A stretch of 64,000 nucleotides of DNA from positions 1 through 64,000 of the forward strand of contig JAWOCD010000052.1 of the NCBI GenBank assembly GCA_046483985.1, in the 5' to 3' direction. Each line of letters begins with the position of its first letter. Position 1 is the first letter of the stretch. Below are positions 56,401 through 64,000 of the stretch, piece by piece. The translations under genes and the position numbers were made by a program. A model generated the notes under the pieces. That model did no database searches. It saw nothing but the letters and a program-made list of their open reading frames with translations, and was not told where the DNA came from. The DNA comes from Promethearchaeia archaeon. GTDB lineage: Archaea > Asgardarchaeota > Lokiarchaeia > Sigyniarchaeales > SOKP01.

Positions 56401-58369
56401 TTTTATTCGATTCTAAGTGAATTCGCCGAGCAAAAGCATGAGTCCCTAAGGGGTTGACATTAGAACTTTCGAGGTGCCCCGATATGGATTTATTCACTTC
56501 TGTATATTTGGTTAATGCATCAATTGCAGTTTGTAGGTTCATTCGTCCATAACCCTCATGAATATCCGTTATACCCTCGGTAAGTGGTGCGTCTGAAAGA
56601 GAGGGGGAATAATCACTTTCATCATATGACGTATTTGGATCATCCTCCCTTAGGAGATTGGTCTCGCTGCCCGTCATTAAGAGGATTGACTTAATTGTCT
56701 TGACCACTTTAGTAAGATTCTGATTTTTCCATTCACTCCAATTATTCCATTTCGCTTGCACTAAGATGTTTGTTGCGGCCGAAACTAACGCAGCAGAAAT
56801 GGAAGTACCATATGCGGCGGTTGTTTTATTTGTTTGCCCCCCCGCAGCAATTATAGATCGATGCTGAGAAACACTACTTCCCCCCGCAGCAAGAATATCT
56901 GGTTTTATAACTCCACTTTCTAATTCCTCTCCCATATTACTATAAGATGTAACTTGATCCTTATCGTTAGTTGCCCCGACTACAATAGCGTTTTCGTTGG
57001 TAGCTAAGCGATTAAGACTTTCAGGAGTAACTCCGTTATTTCCCGCGGCAATAATGACCAATGTTCCGTTATTAATCACTTCATCAATAACTGTACTAAG
57101 AGCATCCACATCTTCTCCCAAAGTTCCTATACTTAGGCAAACACTAATAATATGCTTTTCATTTTTGTTGCTAATGGTTCTATTTAATGCTTTAATGACA
57201 TCTGAAACAGAACCTAAACCAGATTGATTGATTACCTTATAAGAAGCAAGTTTAGTTTCATTTGCCAATCCAGAAAAATTTCTTTCCCGAGAATAACTTT
57301 CTGGATAAAAATTCATACTGGCATTAAAGGTAAAAAGGGGTTCTATATCTACTTTTTTATGGTATTTTATGTATAAATCATATAAACCTAATTGTTCCTC
57401 TGAAACAGTATGGTTTATATTGTAATGAGTTTCATTTACTAAATTTTCTGAATTATCAACTAACGTTGAATTATGATAAAGTTCCACCCAAAATTTATCC
57501 AATCCCTCATTTAAGTCATTCCTAGAGGTATTTATCTTAATTTGTGAGTTTGGAGATGAGATATTGAATGTCATTATTTTTGATGAAAAATTTCCGGGTG
57601 CTGGATCTGACCCAAATGTATCTGTATGAGAATAATTTTTAGAAAAGAAAAGGTCCGTCGAATTTTTGCCCTCTATATCGCCTGAACCAGATATAACGGA
57701 TGAAATAAACGTACCGTGACCGTCATCGTCCGTAACTTCTCCGGACTCATCCACAAAGTTCTTCTGATCAACGATATCTCCTTCTAATCTTGTTCCGTTA
57801 TATCCATTTGGAAAAAAGGAATGGTTTGCATTTATTCCGGAATCTATTACCGCAATTGAGCCATTTGTAGATCCATTATATTTTGTATGATTCCACGCAG
57901 TATTATTTGCAGCGGTCTGGACGGTAGCATAATTCATATAAGTTTCAACAATCTCATCATCCTCTATAGTTGCATTTGGCCATGTTTCTTTAAATGTAGT
58001 TTTATTTTCCTTGGGAATTGACCCGAAAAACATAGAAATTGAATTAAATGTATCATTATTAAATTGCTTTACATTTTCTCCTCCGTATTTTGTAAAATTT
58101 GTAATAATCTCACTGGAATAACTGGATTGGTTAAAGGAAACGATTATATCTTGAAAATCCTCTTCGCTAGAGAGAAGAGGTCCATTATCAGAATTATTAT
58201 ATTGGTCTATCTCCTCTGAATTTTTATAATCATCGCTAAATTCAGGAGTCAGAAAAAATGCCAATTGACCGACTAAAATAATTCCAATTAAACTAAGGAA
58301 TTTTATCTTCGGTATCAGTTTTTTCCAATTCCTTTTCATTTTATTTTTTCTTTTTTTTATTATTGACAT
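53441..58369 (-). CDS. Large membrane-anchored S8 (subtilisin-like) serine protease with C-terminal cytoplasmic Zn-ribbon domain
   Basis: Triad motifs IAVIDSG, GHGTFIS and YGTSISA plus AAGN; N-terminal signal/anchor; repeated beta domains; TM near the C-terminus followed by four Cys pairs. Confidence 0.9.
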   Translation of the reverse strand: MSIIKKRKNKMKRNWKKLIPKIKFLSLIGIILVGQLAFFLTPEFSDDYKNSEEIDQYNNSDNGPLLSSEEDFQDIIVSFNQSSYSSEIITNFTKYGGENVKQFNNDTFNSISMFFGSIPKENKTTFKETWPNATIEDDEIVETYMNYATVQTAANNTAWNHTKYNGSTNGSIAVIDSGINANHSFFPNGYNGTRLEGDIVDQKNFVDESGEVTDDDGHGTFISSVISGSGDIEGKNSTDLFFSKNYSHTDTFGSDPAPGNFSSKIMTFNISSPNSQIKINTSRNDLNEGLDKFWVELYHNSTLVDNSENLVNETHYNINHTVSEEQLGLYDLYIKYHKKVDIEPLFTFNASMNFYPESYSRERNFSGLANETKLASYKVINQSGLGSVSDVIKALNRTISNKNEKHIISVCLSIGTLGEDVDALSTVIDEVINNGTLVIIAAGNNGVTPESLNRLATNENAIVVGATNDKDQVTSYSNMGEELESGVIKPDILAAGGSSVSQHRSIIAAGGQTNKTTAAYGTSISAALVSAATNILVQAKWNNWSEWKNQNLTKVVKTIKSILLMTGSETNLLREDDPNTSYDESDYSPSLSDAPLTEGITDIHEGYGRMNLQTAIDALTKYTEVNKSISGHLESSNVNPLGTHAFARRIHLESNKTYVFNLTGVSDDADFDMFLFSNESNQYGEPILLESIRKWYDPTSNSFYFSPNKDQTESIVVIKARDGASPFNLSITNITNAYEPEFEVPEISYANGTEDKNTTVLSTREDEGEIIEGNYTIDSFQFFIEYSDNDTFNSQPQEIELVIEDKNNYSLNIDQLRNEGEINFSEGVIYSSEEIKFSVPGTFKYYFVGSDGAHDIRYPESGSLSIEITQPETEQFPHEIRGSSIGNEWADTGTGWNRLLQSNTNDDRERIHPGGWNTMYFGTAYSYTDEYTYQPAIFGDPYPNGTLTSPLYNLTNLNEDTNPIAKFGIRVSINDGDEMNLYLSHNWSTWEEIASFENQEEEWSLFKVNLSEYKGSYVQFRFEADLDDTFDQTKYRGFMFDYFAIQNYTNNSPGEIRAKKDLAVTPNEGFRYRRFKFACEYYDEDNNYPEDVKLEINGNTYDMLNIYGDWDASSEDVDDWGILFQKSLIVGDMANRTFRFIVNDGNKTIKSEWYNEDDSLIQLSDPNPLEYNTYTDTGLGIGYEYNVTSLDDFYVGGKPVPNERTAWLGGDNTWHPINSLTYGNVMYGGVGQYNIQFGENNGYGKNWNAKLITKPIYIGKIHTPYLKFTHDFSLDYEDFEFFTGEHDKLIVSVSTDFGESWEPIREYYREDSPDDEASVKIDISKYREKNVMMMFTLDSNDWDPYEMINSTNTGTGWFLKDIYVGFEKSADFVAPTIEILSPTHKETVNSDVEIKAELSDNTAIDEERVQIYINDESAKKDQFEFDEETGILTYTWDTWQHDDGIYDITIVAFDKEGNRVEETITVEIENGYIDFYKWGPWIIGILIAIILATAMYLIAERRGKAWINRIQNYNAEKKRLERIDRNQAIKRIEILEPEEEMARPLSLHCKLCKRWFISDKFDMICPECGHDQIYAAYNCVNCGNWYFKEEPSREYYCPNKECKGIRLIRRTSKDIKEILAEEGKFPLKFKKKKKDDEFSILD

Positions 58370-58406
58370 AGATATATTTTGTAATTTTGAATGATTAAGT
58401 AATTGA

Positions 58407-61400
58407 TTAACTACTAATTTGAGGGTCGCCAGAGTCTTCTGCCATTCCCTTAAGTTCCTCCTTTAGCGTATGTTCAACTTTGAGTACTGACTCCTCTGAG
58501 TCTAATGTAAATAGGAGGAGTTCATTTCGCCTGAGTTCCATCTTCTCTTTTTTATATTTATTTTGTTGTCGATAATATAGACCGAGAATCGCAAGGGCTC
58601 CTGCTGCCGGTAATAAAATGAATAGTATTTGAATATAACGGGGAATAATTATTTTTACATGAACCTTATTTGAGATATCCTCGTTTTTTAATAGGTAATA
58701 GTAATCTATGGATGCTTCCTCCAAGTATAAATCAGACTGACTCTTCGCTTTAATTTTATAGGTAAAAGTTTGAGTCTCTCCAGCTTTTAGGCAGGATATT
58801 TTATTGATTAATTTCCCTTTAACTAAGGAGAATTGCAATTGAGAGTAACTAATAACGTCGTCTAGCGAGATGTTTTTAATACATATATCTCCGATATTTT
58901 TTACTTTTAGTTCAACAGTAATATTTTCCCCGATCTCTACTTGACTCACATCCACATCTTTTTTTATTTCAAATTCAATATTTCCCAATATTACCGGATC
59001 TGACTTCCTAATCTGAATTGTTCTGGATTCTGAACCTTGCAAGAAGTTGATCGGCGGATAATAATACCCTTTCCATTCTTGCTTATGTAAGGTTATATCA
59101 AATTCCTCTGTCTCATTATAACCGATATGTGTTAAATTAATTTTTCTATCGTCAATTCTTTTCAAATCGCCGTATTGATCATCCATATTCAATTGAACAT
59201 CGGGAATCTCCATACCCTCCGGACCTGTATTTTCCATACCAACGGTCAAGTTAAATTCTTCCCTGATCTCTGGATGAAAATTAGAGGGAGTATACTCTAA
59301 ATCAACCGTCCGCACATATGGAAATCTATTTTTATAATCCACAGGTGCTGAATAATATACCTCATTTGAAAGAGTTGATAAGCTTGTGCTATTTTGATTT
59401 GCTACAATCTCTGGATTATCATAATTAATAATTACACTGTCTAAACTTCCTTGGTTAGGGGTATAAAAACTAAAATTAAGAGATTTATGCTCCTCGGGGT
59501 CTAATTCTTTAAGATTGTAAGTGAGATAATTATTTGTAAGATTAAATCCTCCCGTGTCGTTTATTATTCCTGGAATTAAGATATTAATTGAGACATTTTT
59601 CGCGATTTCAGAACCGATATTTGTAAAATTTAAGGTATAGGTATTTAAATCTCCGGGTTGAGCGCTATAATCTGCTAAGGATGAGTGCGCAGAAATGGAA
59701 GCCATATCATACGTACTGAGAGTAAAAGTATTCGACCTTCTATCTAATTGAGTCTGTCCATAAGGAGAGGAATACATTACTCGTGCTCCATAATCATTAA
59801 CTGCATTAATATCCCTATCTGATAGAATAACATCCAAATCATTTATGGAGAGATTAAATGAAGCACTATCAGATCCATAAATTTTAAACAATATTGAATG
59901 ATTTTCTTTTATATTTGGGTTAAACAAACCATTAAATCCTGAATTATCTATATTGGTAAAATCAAATGTCCAAGTGTCATTTTCGATATTTCTGAGATTT
60001 GGTAAAATATTCTGATATTCATTTGAAGAATAATTATAAACTTGGAAATCTAAATCCTCTAAAGATGAGGTAAAGTTAATCCTAATGGATACTCTTTGAA
60101 TGGTGTTATTTTCTAAATCTAACTCGGAGGCATTATGCAAAAAACGGGAATAAACTCCTAATTCATGTAAATCAGGGGCCACTTGTTCAGAATCAATGAC
60201 CCACGATTTATTATCTGTCTCCAATGCCATAGATGGGCTGGTTCCCGGTCGTTCTTCTCCTGGGTAGATATCCGGAGTATTATCATTAATAATAAAACTA
60301 TAATTATAAAATTGAGAATAACTATCATACCCCGAGATTGTGTTATTTGTCGTTAAATATGATAGCTGCTCATTGGGTTCCAATTTCCAATTTTCTCTCT
60401 TCCAAATACTATACTCGTTTTGGAATGATTCTGGACCTAACCCCATTGAAGCAACTAAACTTCCTATAAGGGGATCTGAATTAATTAAATCAACCATTTC
60501 ATCACTATAGGGCATAAAATTAGACACATTTGTTATATCTGGAAAGTATCTGTCGGTTATTCCATTTCCATTACTATCGAATAAGATGCATTTGGGCTTC
60601 TCTTCCATACCCATAAATTCTTCTAATGTATCATATTTATCATATTCTGGATAATTCTGAATGTAATCCCACAATTGATTATAGAAAGTTTCAGCATTCT
60701 CTTCAGCGTCTTCTTCATCTTGATCCAGAACAGTCATAAAATAGGTTTTAAAAATTAATTTTAAATCATTGGGAATTTGTTCCATGGTATTTCCCCACAC
60801 AGTGACATTTCCTACATTTTTCCCCGTGATATTAAAACTATAATCTTGAAACGCTAAATTTGATGCATTTTTTCCTACTAATTCCTTGGTAACCTTCATA
60901 TTTGGCTCGGAATTATTGACCTCGTAGCTCACAGTAAGGTCGTCTATGGGATTTAATAACCCCGTGGGAAGGAATGGTATGCCTTGAAAGCCATATTGTT
61001 CTAAATCGTTAACAGGATCATCGCTGTCGTTCAGATTTTTTGGAATAACATAATTACGATAAATTCCACCTTCATTTCCCCATTTAAGTTTGAAGGAATA
61101 TTCCTTTAATTGCTGTACATCGAAATCAACATCAGCAAGGTATAATATTAATCCGACTTGATCGAGCATGTAATCATAAAGATTAAAATATTTTGGTGAC
61201 GCATCAATAACTTCCGTACCTAATATGTTAATATCAATTTCGCTTAAGAGGCTTCCTACTAATGCAATATATATTTTTTCACTAGGGTGTAAACTTTCGC
61301 CAGAATAACCCATTGCATCATAAAGATTAAATTTATATTGTTTAGAGCCCGTTTCTTTAATACCTTCATTCCTTCCTTCATATTGAACTAGTAGTGTTGA

Positions 61401-62387
61401 ATAATGGGAATCGTTTCTCAACGCAAATGATCCTCCTAATACTTCCATCATTTCTGCCATATCTCCGAATTCCGAAACGGATTCATTCCCCAATCCTAAA
61501 AGCGGGGCTAAATCACCAAATTGCTCTTCATATTCGAGTAATAATTCATTAAATTGCCCAATCATCGCCTCCATGTCTAAATTTTCTAAATAAGAAAGAT
61601 CAACTCCTGCAAGATTGTAATCCAATTGGTCAGTTGAGACATTCAACCCTTCTTCTATGATATCTAACGAATTAATGAGCATAAAGGTGGAAGAAAGATG
61701 ATGATTATTTACATACTCTGCACTGCTTAAATATTCAGAATCTAATGCTTCCCAATATCCGTCATTGGGTAGGTTTGCAAGGACTTCCTCAAAATAGACA
61801 CTCCAGTCAGGATAATAGCCTACAAAAGGAAAAAAATTGGGATCGGTACTATTTACCATTATCGTATCGATTTCCAACTTTTCTCGAATTATTTTCATTG
61901 CTCTTTCTGATCGTTTTTCAGCGATACTCTCATCGACATCTTGGTCGTAATAGAGAAAGCCTATAAAACTATTATAGGAAAAGGAAAATTGCGATCCATA
62001 TATACTCTCGGTTAAGATATCCGGAAATAATTCCGGCGTGATCCCGTTTGACGCACTTATGAGAATATTACATTTATGAAATGCGGGATCATTGGCATCA
62101 AATTGGGGAAATATATTTGTATCATTCGTAAATAATGATTGTCGAATCATGCTTTTTGCACCAGCAACATATGCACTAATTTGCTCTGCGTATAAATCTG
62201 ACCCGGCAACATCGGATGTCTGTAATTTGTTAGAATTATCTTGACTCTTATTTTCAGATTGACTCTCATTTTCCGAAATATCCGTATTGTCAGATCCTAC
62301 CATGAGAGGAAGTACACTGAATAATGGCATAATTAATAATATGAGAAAAAAGTGACAATATATTATTTTTAAATTTTTTTTCTTCAT
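58407..62387 (-). CDS. Large extracellular acidic protein with DUF11/CARDB-like Ig repeats and C-terminal TM anchor
   Basis: Signal-like N-terminus, repeated N.G motifs (TGKNVGN, FTNIGS, MENTGP, VKNIGD), many N-x-S/T sequons and a TM followed by a short charged tail. Confidence 0.75.
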   Translation of the reverse strand: MKKKNLKIIYCHFFLILLIMPLFSVLPLMVGSDNTDISENESQSENKSQDNSNKLQTSDVAGSDLYAEQISAYVAGAKSMIRQSLFTNDTNIFPQFDANDPAFHKCNILISASNGITPELFPDILTESIYGSQFSFSYNSFIGFLYYDQDVDESIAEKRSERAMKIIREKLEIDTIMVNSTDPNFFPFVGYYPDWSVYFEEVLANLPNDGYWEALDSEYLSSAEYVNNHHLSSTFMLINSLDIIEEGLNVSTDQLDYNLAGVDLSYLENLDMEAMIGQFNELLLEYEEQFGDLAPLLGLGNESVSEFGDMAEMMEVLGGSFALRNDSHYSTLLVQYEGRNEGIKETGSKQYKFNLYDAMGYSGESLHPSEKIYIALVGSLLSEIDINILGTEVIDASPKYFNLYDYMLDQVGLILYLADVDFDVQQLKEYSFKLKWGNEGGIYRNYVIPKNLNDSDDPVNDLEQYGFQGIPFLPTGLLNPIDDLTVSYEVNNSEPNMKVTKELVGKNASNLAFQDYSFNITGKNVGNVTVWGNTMEQIPNDLKLIFKTYFMTVLDQDEEDAEENAETFYNQLWDYIQNYPEYDKYDTLEEFMGMEEKPKCILFDSNGNGITDRYFPDITNVSNFMPYSDEMVDLINSDPLIGSLVASMGLGPESFQNEYSIWKRENWKLEPNEQLSYLTTNNTISGYDSYSQFYNYSFIINDNTPDIYPGEERPGTSPSMALETDNKSWVIDSEQVAPDLHELGVYSRFLHNASELDLENNTIQRVSIRINFTSSLEDLDFQVYNYSSNEYQNILPNLRNIENDTWTFDFTNIDNSGFNGLFNPNIKENHSILFKIYGSDSASFNLSINDLDVILSDRDINAVNDYGARVMYSSPYGQTQLDRRSNTFTLSTYDMASISAHSSLADYSAQPGDLNTYTLNFTNIGSEIAKNVSINILIPGIINDTGGFNLTNNYLTYNLKELDPEEHKSLNFSFYTPNQGSLDSVIINYDNPEIVANQNSTSLSTLSNEVYYSAPVDYKNRFPYVRTVDLEYTPSNFHPEIREEFNLTVGMENTGPEGMEIPDVQLNMDDQYGDLKRIDDRKINLTHIGYNETEEFDITLHKQEWKGYYYPPINFLQGSESRTIQIRKSDPVILGNIEFEIKKDVDVSQVEIGENITVELKVKNIGDICIKNISLDDVISYSQLQFSLVKGKLINKISCLKAGETQTFTYKIKAKSQSDLYLEEASIDYYYLLKNEDISNKVHVKIIIPRYIQILFILLPAAGALAILGLYYRQQNKYKKEKMELRRNELLLFTLDSEESVLKVEHTLKEELKGMAEDSGDPQISS

Positions 62388-62397
62388 TTTTCTCCTC

Positions 62398-64000
62398 CTA
62401 TTGTGTTTCTCTATAAATATCTACAATTTTTTGTTTTCTAGATTTTCTCAACATTAAAAACATTCCAATCAATACAAACACGATTGATAAACCGTACACT
62501 ATTGCGAGATTAATCCATGGAATTACGGGGAGATAGGGGATATCCATAAAGAGATTTAGGCTGTCTGATAATAGGTATCCTGTAAACCACCCCACTAAAA
62601 CTCCCACTGTACCACTGCCTAACATAATTATTAAAGCTTCGATTATAAACATCCGGTTGACTTCCTTGCCTTTTAATCCTAATGTTCTAATGATTCCTAT
62701 CTCTTTCTTACGCTCGATAATCGCCGAATAAGAGGAGGATAGTAATCCGAACAAACAAGTAATTACTGTGGTCATTAAAACAAGGGTAAATAATGTATCC
62801 ACAATTGAAAAAGACGATTCTTGGCTTGCTACTCTTCTCTTTAAATTATAGAGGTTATAATCATAATCATTTTGCCATTGATTGTCGATTAGCACTTCAA
62901 CTTCCCCACTGGATGCAGGTTGTCCGTCCATGAGTTTTATGAAAAAGGTATCAGTCCATGTCGGTGTGGGGATATCCATAATTTCCAAATATGTTTCTTG
63001 ATTAAGCATAACGCCTCCTCGTTCAACACCGGTTTGCCTTCCACTAAATTCGCTGGAAAATCCTGGTAAAGTCGTTGCAGTCCCCACAATTGTAAAAGGA
63101 TAACTTTCGGACTCCTCTCCTCGCTGAATATTCAATCGTATTTTATCGCCAGATTTGAGATTCATATTGATGGCAACTGATTCAGAAATGATGCAGTTAT
63201 ATTCCGTGGTATTAAATACTGATTTAAACGATTCATCACTATTACCTTGCTCAAATTTAATATATTTTTCATCCACAGTTGAAGGATATTCTTCATCAAT
63301 TCCCAAAAGTGTAATATCTGTGGTAGATAAACCAGCGTAATCTCCTAATTCAGCACTAAATTCTTTTTTATCTTCTGAATAAATTTGGGTTAATTGAAAT
63401 GGATTTGCTAATACGCTGGAAACTTTTTCAACGCCTTCTATAGCGAGAATATCTTCTTTAAATTCTGTGGTCATTATTCTATCTGGATTTATCGAAAGTT
63501 CATTTGATTGTGATAGTTCTAAGTCTGATGTTTGATAAGAAAATTGATCATAGTTTGTCCCCCCAGCGGGCTGAGAATTTAGCATAAGTAATTTTTCTTC
63601 TGACGGATCGCTGCTAAAGAGTCCTATTCCTCCTCCAAAACCTCCCGGCATTTCACCTCCATCTCCATAATATTCGCTATAGTCTTTCCATCCTGAGGTC
63701 TCAATAACTAAATCAGAACCATATTGAACGCGCGTCATTACGGCGACTTGAGAAGACATGGTTTGTAATACGGTGGATGTAAATGTTACAAAGGAAAAGG
63801 ACAATGCAAATATAATTACTGTACTTGAATTTCTTCTCTGATACCTAAAAACGAAGATCTTTATAACCTGGATCATTCGCCTTGCGATGGGTTTAAAAAC
63901 ATAAACAAAAAGTCTTAACACTACAGGAACTAACCCCAGTCCCGCAAGTGTTAATCCGATTAGAAATATCAGCAAAACGGAAATTAATGTCCCTGCCATT
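62398..64000 (-). CDS. ABC transporter permease, FtsX/MacB-type (5' part lies outside the window)
   Basis: RYQRRNSST...FALSFSF, YGSDLV and ERKKEIGIIRTLG; paralog of 50392-53358. Confidence 0.9.
   Translation of the reverse strand, partial: MAGTLISVLLIFLIGLTLAGLGLVPVVLRLFVYVFKPIARRMIQVIKIFVFRYQRRNSSTVIIFALSFSFVTFTSTVLQTMSSQVAVMTRVQYGSDLVIETSGWKDYSEYYGDGGEMPGGFGGGIGLFSSDPSEEKLLMLNSQPAGGTNYDQFSYQTSDLELSQSNELSINPDRIMTTEFKEDILAIEGVEKVSSVLANPFQLTQIYSEDKKEFSAELGDYAGLSTTDITLLGIDEEYPSTVDEKYIKFEQGNSDESFKSVFNTTEYNCIISESVAINMNLKSGDKIRLNIQRGEESESYPFTIVGTATTLPGFSSEFSGRQTGVERGGVMLNQETYLEIMDIPTPTWTDTFFIKLMDGQPASSGEVEVLIDNQWQNDYDYNLYNLKRRVASQESSFSIVDTLFTLVLMTTVITCLFGLLSSSYSAIIERKKEIGIIRTLGLKGKEVNRMFIIEALIIMLGSGTVGVLVGWFTGYLLSDSLNLFMDIPYLPVIPWINLAIVYGLSIVFVLIGMFLMLRKSRKQKIVDIYRETQ

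Noticed and set aside
1-64000. CRISPR array or rRNA genes
   Set aside because: No regularly spaced direct repeats and no long GC-rich rRNA-like segments were seen.

Overview
AT-rich archaeal chromosomal window, very likely from an Asgard archaeon (Lokiarchaeia-like). That call rests on an ESCRT-II/Vps4/ESCRT-III locus, longin-like and DENN-like proteins, archaeal r-proteins S15/S3Ae and a tRNA with bulge-helix-bulge (BHB) introns. In order it contains: (i) a patch of decayed genes at 1-2 kb (DDE transposase, primase-like and AMMECR1 fragments); (ii) a solitary Type IIG-like restriction-modification gene; (iii) sugar-metabolism and RNA-modification genes; (iv) an ESCRT locus with two tandem paralogous ESCRT-III genes and a tnpB-element remnant in the vps4/ESCRT-III divergent intergenic region; (v) tRNA-Gly(GCC) carrying two related introns at non-canonical positions, and an intron-less tRNA-Val(GAC); (vi) a larB/larC/nikR nickel cluster, a short-alpha3 histone and GH20/GH2 glycosidases; (vii) four dispersed IS200/IS605-family end or omegaRNA-like remnants, one a near-complete ~250 bp mini-element; (viii) a >14 kb minus-strand putative operon in which two FtsX/MacB-type permeases flank a large membrane-anchored surface protein and a 1642-aa subtilase with a cytoplasmic zinc-ribbon tail. 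All calls come from motif recognition by eye; no searches were run.
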